From Nautiliaceae bacterium (GTDB lineage: Bacteria > Campylobacterota > Campylobacteria > Campylobacterales > Nautiliaceae): a stretch of 38,016 nucleotides of DNA. Position 1 is the first letter of the stretch, and every line of letters begins with the position of its first letter. The position numbers and the translations under genes are program-made. The notes below the pieces were generated by a model. It was not told the DNA's origin, searched no databases, and was given only the letters and a program-made list of their open reading frames with translations. The stretch covers positions 1 to 38,016 of the forward strand of contig JALVUH010000079.1 in NCBI GenBank assembly GCA_027035735.1, read 5' to 3'. This document shows, piece by piece, positions 10,287 to 19,788 of the stretch.

Positions 10287-11349
10287 AATTTTATCTCAAG
10301 AAGAGATTGATGCTCTTTTAGAAGTTGTAGAAGATGAAGAAGTAAATCCAGAAGAACTTGAAAAAACACCAGATATTTTAGAACAGCGCCAAATAACTCT
10401 TTATGATTTTAAAAGACCAAATAGAGTTTCTAAAGAGCAATTAAGAAGTATAAGAGCACTTCATGATAAAATGGCTAGAAATTTGGCAAGTGATATTTCT
10501 TCTTTGATGAGAAGTATTGTTGAGATTCAACTTCATTCAGTTGATCAAATGACTTATGGTGAATTTTTAATGAGTTTACCATCTCCTACTTCGTTTAATG
10601 TCTTTTCTTTTAAACCTTTAGATGGAAAAGGTGTAATTGAAATTAACCCTTCTATTGTTTTTCCTATGATAGATAGATTGCTTGGTGGTCCTGGAATGCC
10701 TTTTGATGCAAATAGAGAATTTACCGATATTGAATTAAATTTACTTGATCAGATTTTAAGAGTTATTACTCAAAATATGAAAGAAGTGTGGTCTCCTATT
10801 ATGGAGGTATTTCCTGTTATTGAAGCAAAAGAGAGTAGTCCAAACGTAGTGCAAATTGTCGCTCAAAATGAAATTGTTATTATGGTAGTAATGGAAATAA
10901 TTATTGGTCAAACAAGCGGTATGATGAATATATGTTATCCTGTAATATCAATTGAATCTCTTTTGCCAAAACTTGCAAGTAGAGATTTGATGCTAAGTGA
11001 GACTAGTTCTAGAAAATCAAGAAATAAAGAACTTAGAGCACTTCTTAGAGGTGCAAAAATTGAGCTTGAAGCAGTGCTTGGATATGCTAAACTTAATATG
11101 AAAGAAATTTTAGATTTAGAAGTTGGAGATATTATAAAATTAAATAGACCTGCTGATGATACAGTAGTAGTAAAAGTAGATGGAAGAGAAAAATTTATAG
11201 CAGATTTTGGGGTTAGAAGATATAGAAGATGTATTAAAATAAAAGAAAAACTTAAAACAGAGCATGATGAGGTTAAAGAGATTTTAGAATATTTAGAGCT
11301 TAAACGTAAACAAAAACTTGAACAAATAACAGGAGAAGAAAGTGAATAA
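10279..11349 (+). CDS. fliM: flagellar motor switch protein FliM
   Basis: N-terminal CheY-P-binding peptide LSQEEIDALL, FliM middle domain, and a C-terminal SpoA/FliN-like domain (LEVGDIIKLNRPADDTVVVKVDG). Confidence 0.92.
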   Translation: MAEILSQEEIDALLEVVEDEEVNPEELEKTPDILEQRQITLYDFKRPNRVSKEQLRSIRALHDKMARNLASDISSLMRSIVEIQLHSVDQMTYGEFLMSLPSPTSFNVFSFKPLDGKGVIEINPSIVFPMIDRLLGGPGMPFDANREFTDIELNLLDQILRVITQNMKEVWSPIMEVFPVIEAKESSPNVVQIVAQNEIVIMVVMEIIIGQTSGMMNICYPVISIESLLPKLASRDLMLSETSSRKSRNKELRALLRGAKIELEAVLGYAKLNMKEILDLEVGDIIKLNRPADDTVVVKVDGREKFIADFGVRRYRRCIKIKEKLKTEHDEVKEILEYLELKRKQKLEQITGEESE

Positions 11350-12145
11350 TTTTATAAATTTACTTCAAAATGAAATTAAATCTACAATTGAAGGTCTTAT
11401 AGGACTTTCACCTGAGATAAATATACTTTCACAATCAAAAGATATAGGAGAGCCAAAACCTCCTTTTGTAAAAGTAGAAGTTAAAGTCACTCCTAAAGGA
11501 AGAATGTGTTTTTTACTTCCTCCTGCTTTTTCAACAGCTGTTTGTGATTTAATGTTAGGGGGTGAGGGAGAGAGTAAAGAAGAAGTGGATAATGATGATT
11601 TAGATGCAATAAAAGAGATAGTTTCAAATATTTTAGGAGCTTTATCAACTACTCTTGAGGCACAATCAGATATGCCTGAATTGAAATTTGAGATACTTGA
11701 TATAAAATTTGTGACAGATAAAGATGATTTTTCTATTTATTCTTATATAGTGAATTTTAATTGTAAAGTAAAAGAAATTTCTGGTATTTGTTCTGTTCTT
11801 TTTGATGATGCTTTTTTATCTCTTTTTAAAGAAGAGAGTCATGAAGAGAGTGTATCTAGTTCTGGAGTTGTTTCTGAAGAAGTTAAAAATCTTGAAATGT
11901 TAATGGATATTAAACTTCAACTTAGAGTTAGAATTGGAAGTAAAATAATGCTTTTAAAAGATGTAATAGCTATGGATATTGGAAGCGTAGTAGAGCTTGA
12001 TCAATTAGCAAGCGAACCTCTTGATATTTTAATAGAAGATAAAAAAATAGGAGAGGGTGAGGTTGTAATAGTAGATGGGAATTTTGGTATTCAGATAACT
12101 TCTATTGGAAGTAAAGCTGATAGGTTAAAGACTCTTAAAAAATAA
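11342..12145 (+). CDS. fliY: flagellar motor switch protein FliY (FliN-domain)
   Basis: GTG start overlapping the fliM end. C-terminal FliN/SpoA domain (LQLRVRIGSKIMLLKDVIAMDIGSVVELDQLASEPLDILIEDKKIGEGEVVIVDGNFGIQITSI). Confidence 0.8.
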   Translation: MNNFINLLQNEIKSTIEGLIGLSPEINILSQSKDIGEPKPPFVKVEVKVTPKGRMCFLLPPAFSTAVCDLMLGGEGESKEEVDNDDLDAIKEIVSNILGALSTTLEAQSDMPELKFEILDIKFVTDKDDFSIYSYIVNFNCKVKEISGICSVLFDDAFLSLFKEESHEESVSSSGVVSEEVKNLEMLMDIKLQLRVRIGSKIMLLKDVIAMDIGSVVELDQLASEPLDILIEDKKIGEGEVVIVDGNFGIQITSIGSKADRLKTLKK

Positions 12146-12196
12146 ACTTTACTTTTTGATTTTATTTTGATAAATTGCACTTAAAAAAGGCTAGAG

Positions 12197-13474
12197 GTGT
12201 TTAAATTTAGCGATATTAGCGATATGTGCATTAAATGTGGTAAATGTATTCCAGGATGCACAATTCATAGAGTAAATCCTGATGAAGCCACTTCTCCTAG
12301 AGGTTTTTTGGATATTTTAAAAGGAGTTGAAGAAGGAGAAATTGAAATAGATAAAACTTTTAAAGATACAGTTGAATCATGTTTTTTATGTAATCAATGT
12401 GTTGAAGTTTGTCCAAATTCACTTCCTACTGATTTTATGATAGAAAATGCTAGAGCAAAAGTTGCCAAAAAGTTTGGTATAGCTTGGTGGAAGAGGGCAT
12501 TTTTCTTTATGCTAAAGCATAGATGGGCTTATGATTTAGTTAGTAAGCTTGGATTTTATTTTCAAACATGTGGTTTTAAAATAGAAGAAGAAAAAAAATC
12601 AATTAGAAGTAAATTTTCTCTTCCTATGCTTCATAAAGGTAGATTACTTCCAGCTTTTAGAAAAAAAAGCTTTTTAAAAAAATATCCAGAAAAAATTCCT
12701 GCTAAAAATCCTACTAAAAAGGTTGCAATCTTTATAGGATGTCTGGCAAATTATAATTATACAGAAGTTGGGGATAGTTTAGTTGAAATTCTTAAATTTT
12801 TAAATATTGATATTTTTATTCCTAAAAAACAGTCGTGTTGTGGAGCTCCTGCTTATTTTACAGGTGATTTTAAAACAACTGAATATTTAATTAAAAAAAA
12901 TATTGAATATTTTGAAAGTTTTATAGATGAGGTTGATGCTATTTTAGTGCCTGAAGCTACATGTACAGCAATGCTTAAAAAAGATTATGAAGAATATATC
13001 AAATATTATATGCCTGAATGGCTTGAGAGACACAAAAAAGTAAAAGCTAAAATTTTTGGGACTACTGAGTGGCTTTATAAATACACAGACCTTGAAAAAA
13101 GACTTGAAAACATTAAAAAAAGCGATAAAAAAATAACCTATCATGATGCATGTCATTTTGGAAAAGTTTTTAATATAAGAAAAGAGCCAAGAAATTTAAT
13201 TTCTAAAAATTATGTAATAAATGAAATGGAAGATCCGAATGTTTGTTGTGGATTTGGTGGTATTACAATGCAGAGTGAAAAATTTGATTTAGCACGAAAA
13301 GAAGGTCTTATTAAGGCTGAGATGATTAAAAAGGTTGATGCTGATATTGTAAGTGCAGAGTGTAGTGCATGTAGAATGCAGATAACTGAACATCTTGATA
13401 AGGTAGGGGATAATAAATTATTTAAACACCCACTTGAACTTATTGCTGAGGTGATTAGAGAAAATAAACATTAA
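12197..13474 (+). CDS. Fe-S oxidoreductase, GlcF/GlpC-like (2x[4Fe-4S] plus two CCG domains)
   Basis: Ferredoxin motifs CIKCGKCIPGC and CFLCNQCVEVCP, then two cysteine-rich CCG motifs (CCGAPAY, CCGFGG). Start is ambiguous: GTG 12197 or ATG 12224. Confidence 0.8.
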   Translation: MFKFSDISDMCIKCGKCIPGCTIHRVNPDEATSPRGFLDILKGVEEGEIEIDKTFKDTVESCFLCNQCVEVCPNSLPTDFMIENARAKVAKKFGIAWWKRAFFFMLKHRWAYDLVSKLGFYFQTCGFKIEEEKKSIRSKFSLPMLHKGRLLPAFRKKSFLKKYPEKIPAKNPTKKVAIFIGCLANYNYTEVGDSLVEILKFLNIDIFIPKKQSCCGAPAYFTGDFKTTEYLIKKNIEYFESFIDEVDAILVPEATCTAMLKKDYEEYIKYYMPEWLERHKKVKAKIFGTTEWLYKYTDLEKRLENIKKSDKKITYHDACHFGKVFNIRKEPRNLISKNYVINEMEDPNVCCGFGGITMQSEKFDLARKEGLIKAEMIKKVDADIVSAECSACRMQITEHLDKVGDNKLFKHPLELIAEVIRENKH

Positions 13475-13484
13475 AGGCTTTATT

Positions 13485-14300
13485 TTGATAGAATATTGGC
13501 AACATATTTACTCTCACATTAATCCTATAGCTTTTTCTTTTTTAGGATTTAAGGTTCATTGGTATGCTTTAATGTATATTACTGCTTTAATTGTAGGATA
13601 TTTTCTTGGAATTAAATTTGGCCAAAAGCTTGGATTTGATAAAAAGATAATTGATGAATATTTTGTTTGGGCAGAAATTGGTGTGATTTTGGGTGCAAGA
13701 TTTGGGTATGTGCTTTTTTATATGCCAGGTATGCAAACATATTATTTACTTCATCCATGGCAAGCGTTTAATCCTTTTGTAAATGGTAAATTTGTTGGAA
13801 TTGCTGGGATGAGTTATCATGGAGCTGTTATTGGATTTGCTATTGCTACTTTTCTTTTTTGCTATATTAAAAAAGTTGATTTTTGGAAAATTTTAGATGT
13901 AGTGGCTTTGGCTGTACCACTTGCATATATTTTTGGAAGAATTGGTAATTTTTTAAATGGTAGAATTGTTGGAAGAGTTACAGACGTTCCTTGGGGAGTA
14001 TATATTGATGGAGCTCTTAGACATCCAATTGGAATATATGAGGCTTTTTTTGAAGGGTTACTTAGTTTTTTAATTATCTATTTTTATTATAAAAAATTTT
14101 ATAAATGCAAAGGTGAACTTATAGGTCTTTATCTTTTAACATATGGTTTTTTTAGATTTTTATGTGAATTTTGGCGTAAACCTGATGTTCAGCTTGGATT
14201 TGTTTTAGGTCCATTTACAATGGGGCAAATTTTGAGTTCTTTTATGATAGTTTTAGGTATAATAGTTTTATTTTATAGGAGAAAATCATGCAAAAATTAG
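13485..14300 (+). CDS. lgt: prolipoprotein diacylglyceryl transferase
   Basis: TTG start. Polytopic membrane protein with HWYALMY and the Lgt signature GRIGNFLNG. Confidence 0.9.
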   Translation: MIEYWQHIYSHINPIAFSFLGFKVHWYALMYITALIVGYFLGIKFGQKLGFDKKIIDEYFVWAEIGVILGARFGYVLFYMPGMQTYYLLHPWQAFNPFVNGKFVGIAGMSYHGAVIGFAIATFLFCYIKKVDFWKILDVVALAVPLAYIFGRIGNFLNGRIVGRVTDVPWGVYIDGALRHPIGIYEAFFEGLLSFLIIYFYYKKFYKCKGELIGLYLLTYGFFRFLCEFWRKPDVQLGFVLGPFTMGQILSSFMIVLGIIVLFYRRKSCKN

Positions 14301-15526
14301 CTATTATAGGAGGAGGAATTAGTGGTCTAAGTCTTGCTTATTATTTGCAAGATAAATTTGAAATTACTATTTTTGAAAAAGAGAAATGGGGAGGTAAGGC
14401 TTATACTCAAAAAGTAGATAATTATCTATTTGAAGAAGGAGTAAATGGATTTTTAAGTAATTCTCCAAAAACTCTTGAGTTATGTAAAGAGATAGGAATT
14501 GAGCCTATTAAGGCAAATGAGAATGCAAAAAAAAGATTTATTTATGATGATAAACTTATAGAAATTCCTCTTAAACCTATTGATTTTATAAAAAGTGATA
14601 TAATGTCCTTTAAAGGTAAAATAAGATTATTAAAAGAATTTTTTATAAAACCAAAATGTGAAGAAGAGAGTGTTGAAGAGTTTGCTGTTAGAAGATTAGG
14701 AAAAGAATTTAATGACAAAATGATGATTCCAATGCTTGCTGGTATTTATGCTTCTACGCCTGAGATTACTTCAATGAATGCTGCTTTTCCTAAACTAAAA
14801 AAGATTGAATGTGAGTATGGGAGTCTTTTTAAAGGGATGATGAAATTAAAAAGAGGAGGTCAGCCAAGCGGAGAGTTACATTCATTTGAATGGGGAATGA
14901 GCGAATTTATAAATAGACTTAAAGAAAAAATAAAAGCAACTTTTGTACAACAAGAGATTAAAGATATAGACGAACTTAAAGATTTTGATAAGATAGTATT
15001 AGCAACTCCTGCTTATGAATCTGCCAGTATTTTAAAAAAATATGAAAAATTAAGTTCTTTACTTAAAAAAATAAAATATAACCCAGTAGCAATTGTAGGA
15101 TTTGATTATGAAGATATTAAGCCTGTGGGTTTTGGTATTTTGACTATAAAAGAAAAATCTCTTGGAATTTTAATGGATAAATATATTTTTCCAAATAGAA
15201 ATGGAATTAGAGTAATGGTAGGTGGAGCTAGATATCCAGAAATTAAAAATTTGAATGAAAAAGAGATTATAGAGATAGCAAAAAAAGATGTAGAAAAAAT
15301 AACAAATTCAAAAAATCCAAAAATTTCTTGGGTAAAGTTTCATAAAAATGCTATTCCAAATTATTCTTTAGGACATCAACAATTAGTAGATGAAATTTTT
15401 GAAGAAGCAAAAAAAGTAGATATAATACTTACAGGTAATGCTTATAGAGGGGTTAGTTTTAATGATTGTATCAAAAATTCTTTTAATCTTGCAAAGGAGT
15501 TAAAAAATGAAAAAATTGCTGGTTAG
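14288..15526 (+). CDS. hemY: FAD-dependent protoporphyrinogen/coproporphyrinogen oxidase (HemY family)
   Basis: N-terminal dinucleotide fold IIGGGISGLSLAYYL. C-terminal GNAYRGVSFNDCI typical of HemY/PPO. Overlaps lgt by 13 nt. Confidence 0.75.
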   Translation: MQKLAIIGGGISGLSLAYYLQDKFEITIFEKEKWGGKAYTQKVDNYLFEEGVNGFLSNSPKTLELCKEIGIEPIKANENAKKRFIYDDKLIEIPLKPIDFIKSDIMSFKGKIRLLKEFFIKPKCEEESVEEFAVRRLGKEFNDKMMIPMLAGIYASTPEITSMNAAFPKLKKIECEYGSLFKGMMKLKRGGQPSGELHSFEWGMSEFINRLKEKIKATFVQQEIKDIDELKDFDKIVLATPAYESASILKKYEKLSSLLKKIKYNPVAIVGFDYEDIKPVGFGILTIKEKSLGILMDKYIFPNRNGIRVMVGGARYPEIKNLNEKEIIEIAKKDVEKITNSKNPKISWVKFHKNAIPNYSLGHQQLVDEIFEEAKKVDIILTGNAYRGVSFNDCIKNSFNLAKELKNEKIAG

Positions 15527-15920
15527 TTTAATGTTGTTAGTATCGTTTTTGTTTGCAGATTCAATTCATTGGATGAAAGATTATAAAAAGGCATTTGAGC
15601 TTGCAAAAAAAGAACACAAATTACTTTTTGTGGATATTTCTGTGCATCATTGTCCTCCTTGCTGGTATTTAGCAAATATTGTTTATAAATATCCTCCTGT
15701 TATTAAGTATATTAATAAACATTTTATTCCAATTTTTTATTATGCAGATACAGATAGAGTACCAATTGCATTTTCTCCTTATTTTACAGGTGCGGCTCCA
15801 AATGTATTGTTAATTACTCCTGATGACAAGCTATATTATAGGATCTTGGGTTCTCGTCCTGCTAAAATCTTTTTAGAAACAATTAAAAATATTAATCAAA
15901 AATATCAAAAAGGTAAATAA
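15507..15920 (+). CDS. periplasmic thioredoxin-fold protein with CPPC active site (paralog A)
   Basis: Signal peptide, then KEHKLLFVDISVHHCPPCWYL. Roughly 40-50% identical by eye to the 32013..32435 product. The TAATG junction overlaps ccdA by 1 nt. Confidence 0.8.
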   Translation: MKKLLVSLMLLVSFLFADSIHWMKDYKKAFELAKKEHKLLFVDISVHHCPPCWYLANIVYKYPPVIKYINKHFIPIFYYADTDRVPIAFSPYFTGAAPNVLLITPDDKLYYRILGSRPAKIFLETIKNINQKYQKGK

Positions 15921-16609
15921 TGGAAAATTTAGTCTATTCTTTATTCAATTATTTTGATTCTATGCCTTTTATTGTTAGTTTGGTAGCAGGACTTTTGTCA
16001 TTTTTTTCCCCTTGCGTTTTACCAATGGTTCCTATTTATTTTTTTTATATTACAGGAATTAGTGCGAAAGAACTTGAAAATAGAGAATTAACTCCAAAAG
16101 AGAGACTTAAAATTTTAATAAATTCAAGTTTATTTATTGCAGGATTTGCTCTTGTTTTTGTTCTTATTGGGGCTGCTGCTGCTAATTTAATAGGAAATAT
16201 TTTTGCTTATAAGTGGATAAATATAATTGCTGGAATAATTATTATAATTTTTGGTATAAATGTTGGAGGCTTTGTTAAATTTAAATTTATGCAATACGAA
16301 AAAAAAATAAATTTTCAAAATGCTGGAAGTTTTCTTTTAGGAGTTTCTTTTGCATTTGGTTGGACTCCATGTATTGGACCTATTTTTGGGACAATTGTAG
16401 GTATGGCTGCTACAAATCCTGCAAAAAGCATTACTATGATGATTCTTTATGTAATAGGTCTTGCAATACCATTTATTTTGATGGCTATATTTACTATTTG
16501 GAGTATGAAATTAATTGAAAGAACAAAAAAATATATGGGAATTATTGAAAAAATAAGTGGTGTGTTTTTAATAATAGTAGGTATTTGGGTATTATTTAAA
16601 GGATTTTAA
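15920..16609 (+). CDS. ccdA: cytochrome c biogenesis thiol-reductant transporter CcdA (DsbD-beta family)
   Basis: Six TM segments with the two conserved Cys-Pro motifs FFSPCVLPMVP and GWTPCIGPIFG. Confidence 0.9.
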   Translation: MENLVYSLFNYFDSMPFIVSLVAGLLSFFSPCVLPMVPIYFFYITGISAKELENRELTPKERLKILINSSLFIAGFALVFVLIGAAAANLIGNIFAYKWINIIAGIIIIIFGINVGGFVKFKFMQYEKKINFQNAGSFLLGVSFAFGWTPCIGPIFGTIVGMAATNPAKSITMMILYVIGLAIPFILMAIFTIWSMKLIERTKKYMGIIEKISGVFLIIVGIWVLFKGF

Positions 16610-16618
16610 AGGAGTAAT

Positions 16619-17461
16619 ATGAAAAAATTTGTAATAAGCGGAGTAGCTGTTTTATTTTTAATAGGATGTGCTAATACAAATATTAATGTAAATAAAAGTG
16701 TAAATCAAAATATGAAAATTATAAAAATAGATAATAAATTAATGAATAAATATCATGTAACAACTAGTGATTTAATTAATTTCGGTAAATATTATATATT
16801 TTTTACACCAGGACCAAATGGAACTGAGATTATATTTTTAGATAAAAATTATAATTTTGTGAAAAAATTTACTACTCCATATTTGCTTGAAACTAAAAAA
16901 ATAGATGTTTATAATGGAGATATCTATATTTTAGGGGTTGATGAAAATGATTATTATCCTGTTTTATTAGTGGTAGATGAAAGTGGTAAATTAAAGAAAA
17001 AATATATAATTCATAAAAAATATGCTTTACCAAAAGATTTGTATTTTGAGAAAAATAATAATTATGTTTTAGTTGATGTATTTAAAAATGGAAAAAGTTA
17101 TATTGAAATTTATAAAAATGGAAAACTTTTGAAAAAAATAGAATTAAATCATTCAATTAACGGAAATTTTGTATTTAAAGATGGAAAAGATTTGTTTGTT
17201 ATTGGAACTATAAAAAATACTACTCAAGATGCTTTTATTATAAATGTAACAAAAGGTTGGATTAGATTTTTTGATTTAGGAATGGATGAAAATTTTGATA
17301 AATATCAAATAAAAAATGGAGAAATAATTTTAGAGCTTCATTCTACAGATGAAATGGGGGCAGATAGTTATTATGAAATTATTATTGATAAAAATGGAAA
17401 AATATTAAAAAATAAATGCAAAGTTAAATTTAATCCATTACCTTTGAGATTTAGAACTTAA
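16619..17461 (+). CDS. lipoprotein of unknown function with internal beta-rich repeats
   Basis: Lipobox FLIGCAN. A recurring unit, hydrophobic run then D/Y-K/E-N/S-G-K-L/I-x-K-K (VVDESGKLKKKY, IYKNGKLLKKI, IIDKNGKILKNK; degenerate FLDKNYNFVKKF), suggests 4-5 repeated beta units. No family recognised. Confidence 0.6.
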   Translation: MKKFVISGVAVLFLIGCANTNINVNKSVNQNMKIIKIDNKLMNKYHVTTSDLINFGKYYIFFTPGPNGTEIIFLDKNYNFVKKFTTPYLLETKKIDVYNGDIYILGVDENDYYPVLLVVDESGKLKKKYIIHKKYALPKDLYFEKNNNYVLVDVFKNGKSYIEIYKNGKLLKKIELNHSINGNFVFKDGKDLFVIGTIKNTTQDAFIINVTKGWIRFFDLGMDENFDKYQIKNGEIILELHSTDEMGADSYYEIIIDKNGKILKNKCKVKFNPLPLRFRT

Positions 17462-17463
17462 TT

Positions 17464-17472
17464 TGCTATAAT
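17464..17472 (+). promoter_or_regulatory. extended -10 promoter element (TGcTATAAT) for the small cytochrome c gene
   Basis: TGCTATAAT lies 32 nt upstream of the ATG at 17504 in the 42-nt intergenic gap. AGGAG RBS at 17493-17497. Confidence 0.4.
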
Positions 17473-17503
17473 ATTATTTGAATCTTGCAAAAGGAGAAAA
17501 AAT

Positions 17504-17740
17504 ATGAAAAAATTTTTATCATTAGTGGCTTTTGGTGCTATGGCGTTTGCTTATCAAAATTGTGCAATGTGTCATAATGGTGGTATGGCAATTAAACTTG
17601 ACAAATTAACTCCTGCTCAAATTGAAGCAAAATTGAAAGAATTTAAAGCAGGAAAAGGTAATCCTATGATGGTTAATATCGCTAAAAGTATGAGCGATAA
17701 AGAAATAGCAGAAGCTGCTAAAAAATATGGGAAAAAATAA
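17504..17740 (+). CDS. small monohaem class I c-type cytochrome (c553-like)
   Basis: Signal peptide, a single CAMCH haem-binding motif near the mature N-terminus, and a candidate distal Met in GNPMMVNIA. About 60 aa mature. Confidence 0.8.
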   Translation: MKKFLSLVAFGAMAFAYQNCAMCHNGGMAIKLDKLTPAQIEAKLKEFKAGKGNPMMVNIAKSMSDKEIAEAAKKYGKK

Positions 17741-17759
17741 TTTCCCTTTTTATTTTTTT
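17729..17759 (+). terminator. rho-independent terminator of the cytochrome c gene
   Basis: GGGAAA (17729-17734) pairs with TTTCCC (17741-17746) around a 6-nt loop containing the stop codon. It is followed by TTTTTATTTTTTT. Confidence 0.65.
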
Positions 17760-17792
17760 AAAATTTTAGTGTCAAAGATTATTATTTAAAAT

Positions 17793-17812
17793 AAAAAAAG
17801 CCCAAAAAGGGC
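17793..17812 (-). terminator. weak rho-independent terminator of haoA
   Basis: The minus strand reads GCCC-TTTTT-GGGC followed by TTTTTTT, starting 8 nt after the haoA stop. The stem is only 4 bp, so confidence is low. Confidence 0.4.
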
Positions 17813-17819
17813 ATGAGAA

Positions 17820-19358
17820 TTATTCGTGAGTAACAACTGGCATTGGAGGTTCGTTTTCAAGAACTTTTTTAGCATCATGATATTTTTTATACATTTTCAT
17901 TCTGTAGTTGTAAATATCATTCATTTCTCTAATGTCTTGCATTACTTCAAATACACCGTGCCAGTGTGCATAATCTGGGCTTCCCATTGCTGCACCTTGT
18001 CTAAATCTTCTTCCTTCATGATGCCATAGATAATAATAAAGTTTGAAGAATGGATCGCTCCATACATCTGATCTTATTAAACCTCTTTCTTTTAAATCTT
18101 TCATCATTTTATTAGCGTAAGCTCTATATTCATTATATACTTTAACTGCTGCATCTACTCTTTGGAAATAGTTATTTACAAATGTTACTTCGTGACAAGT
18201 CATACATACTTTTTTCATTGCAGCTCTTGCTGCTTCAGGACCTGCAGGGTTACCAGTTTTTGGATTACCTCTAATTACAGTTTTACCACCTATAATTTTT
18301 CCTCCACCTTTCCAGAATGCCCAACCAGCAGTTTCATGTCCTCCAGTTCTTAAGAAGCTTTTTGGTGCCCAAAGATTCCATTTAAGTCTAAGTGATACGT
18401 TGTGAGTTGCTTTAAGACCATTAATTCCACTCATATGACATGTGAAACATGTAGGACCTCTTAAAGTTTTACCAGGGATTTGAGCTCCAGTATTAAAGTT
18501 ATAATCTTCATGATTTGTATCAAAAATATGTCCATGAACACTTGATTCGAATATTTCTTTATCTGGATGGTCTGGTCCTAAGTGACAGTTTGAACATGCT
18601 GCAGGTTGTCTAGCTTCAGCTGCAGAGAATTTATGTCTGCTATGACATGCTAAGCAGTTTCCAACACCTCCATCTGGATACAATGAAGCAATACCATCGT
18701 TTGGCCAAGTTGTAGGATCTGGAACTCCGTTTTTATCAAGTTTGATTGTTGTTCCGTGACATTGGATACAGGTATTTGCAACATTTAGGTTTGCAAGTCT
18801 TGGATTAGCTTGATTTGCTCTATAAAATTTTGAATCGTGTCTTATTCCTTTATCCATTTTTGTAGCACTAAATCCATTTAATGAAGGATTTTTTCCTTTT
18901 AAGCTTTCATAATTGTATGCAAGTTTACTCATAAGGAAACCATGTTTGCTACCATTAATAGCAAGCCATTGAGCACCACCTCTTGCGTGTCCAGAATTTA
19001 GATATTCAATAACTTCTTTTGCGTGACATTTTGCACAAGTTACAGATGAAACTGCGATTTGAACTGTCCAATTTGGTCCTTGATAAGGATGGTTTTTAAA
19101 TGCTGTTGGATAGTCTTTTGGTACTACGTGACATTGAACACAGCCAACTCCAGCTTTTGCATGTTTAGAATGTTCCCAGTCTGATACAATACCTGGGTCC
19201 ATAGTTTTGTGACACATTAGACATTGTTGATTACTTACACCTTTTGGGTGGAAGTTTTTAAGTTTTACATAGTTTGGATTTGAATCTAAGCTGTTTGCTG
19301 CAAATGCTGTTGAAGCGATTGCTGCAATGCTTAGTCCTGCTGTAAGTGTTTTTTTCAT
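17820..19358 (-). CDS. haoA: octahaem cytochrome c of the hydroxylamine oxidoreductase family (epsilon-Hao type, probable nitrite/hydroxylamine reductase)
   Basis: Sec signal peptide. Exactly eight CXXCH motifs (CLMCH, CVQCH, CAKCH, CIQCH, CLACH, CSNCH, CFTCH, CMTCH) and no CXXCK. The C-terminal helical region (WHHEGRRFRQGAAMGSPDYAHWHG) is Hao-like. The ATG at 19358, 5 nt after AGGAG, is preferred over the GTG at 19364 in the ORF track. Confidence 0.8.
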   Translation of the reverse strand: MKKTLTAGLSIAAIASTAFAANSLDSNPNYVKLKNFHPKGVSNQQCLMCHKTMDPGIVSDWEHSKHAKAGVGCVQCHVVPKDYPTAFKNHPYQGPNWTVQIAVSSVTCAKCHAKEVIEYLNSGHARGGAQWLAINGSKHGFLMSKLAYNYESLKGKNPSLNGFSATKMDKGIRHDSKFYRANQANPRLANLNVANTCIQCHGTTIKLDKNGVPDPTTWPNDGIASLYPDGGVGNCLACHSRHKFSAAEARQPAACSNCHLGPDHPDKEIFESSVHGHIFDTNHEDYNFNTGAQIPGKTLRGPTCFTCHMSGINGLKATHNVSLRLKWNLWAPKSFLRTGGHETAGWAFWKGGGKIIGGKTVIRGNPKTGNPAGPEAARAAMKKVCMTCHEVTFVNNYFQRVDAAVKVYNEYRAYANKMMKDLKERGLIRSDVWSDPFFKLYYYLWHHEGRRFRQGAAMGSPDYAHWHGVFEVMQDIREMNDIYNYRMKMYKKYHDAKKVLENEPPMPVVTHE

Positions 19359-19387
19359 TTTCACTCCTTTTTGACTATCTCTTTAAA

Positions 19388-19418
19388 ATTGTATTAAATT
19401 TATGTGTCTTAAAAGTGC
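19388..19418 (-). promoter_or_regulatory. putative haoA promoter: GCAC-N7-ACAC direct repeat, 10-nt gap, TACAAT -10
   Basis: Minus strand reads GGCACTTTTAAGACAC (19419->19404), ATAAATTTAA, then TACAAT (19393->19388). The -10 ends 30 nt before the ATG. It has the same architecture as the element at 31326..31356. Confidence 0.4.
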
Positions 19419-19443
19419 CAAAAGGAGTAAAGGTAGAAAATTT

Positions 19444-19788
19444 TTAATATTTTCCTTTAAGAGAGCCAAAGTAGTTAATTTCTTCTGCTTTTTTTTCTTT
19501 ATTAAGTTCTTCTACAGTTTTTTCAAAATCAATCTCTTCCATCATTTTATCTAACTCTTCTTCGCAGTAACTCATATGCATATCAGCACTTATTATATAA
19601 GGCATCTCTTCAATCTGTCTTAGTTTTTCTATTTCTTCTTCTACACATTCACCTTCAATTGTAATTATTATAATACCTCTTTTTTTATCTCCAAAATGAA
19701 CATCACAAAGTTCACTCTCTTGTAAATTTAGCCATACAGCATCATAATTTTCAGGTTTTGTTTTAACAATAATACTTGATATATTCAT
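19444..19788 (-). CDS. napD: NapD, NapA-specific chaperone
   Basis: Small acidic protein at the end of the nap operon. The preferred start is the ATG at 19788, which forms an ATGA overlap with the napL stop and follows AAAGGAG. The ORF-track start at 19809 is probably a spurious extension. Confidence 0.8.
   Translation of the reverse strand: MNISSIIVKTKPENYDAVWLNLQESELCDVHFGDKKRGIIIITIEGECVEEEIEKLRQIEEMPYIISADMHMSYCEEELDKMMEEIDFEKTVEELNKEKKAEEINYFGSLKGKY

Noticed and set aside
12208-12225. Perfect tandem 9-bp duplication TAGCGATAT x2 at the 5' end of the Fe-S oxidoreductase ORF (encodes SDISDM), plus a lone GCACTT half-site at 12177
   Set aside because: Only two copies, in frame, and too short to be a meaningful repeat array. 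I checked for a sigma-28-like TAAA-N15-CGAT arrangement and the spacing did not fit. The half-site lacks the second GCAC.
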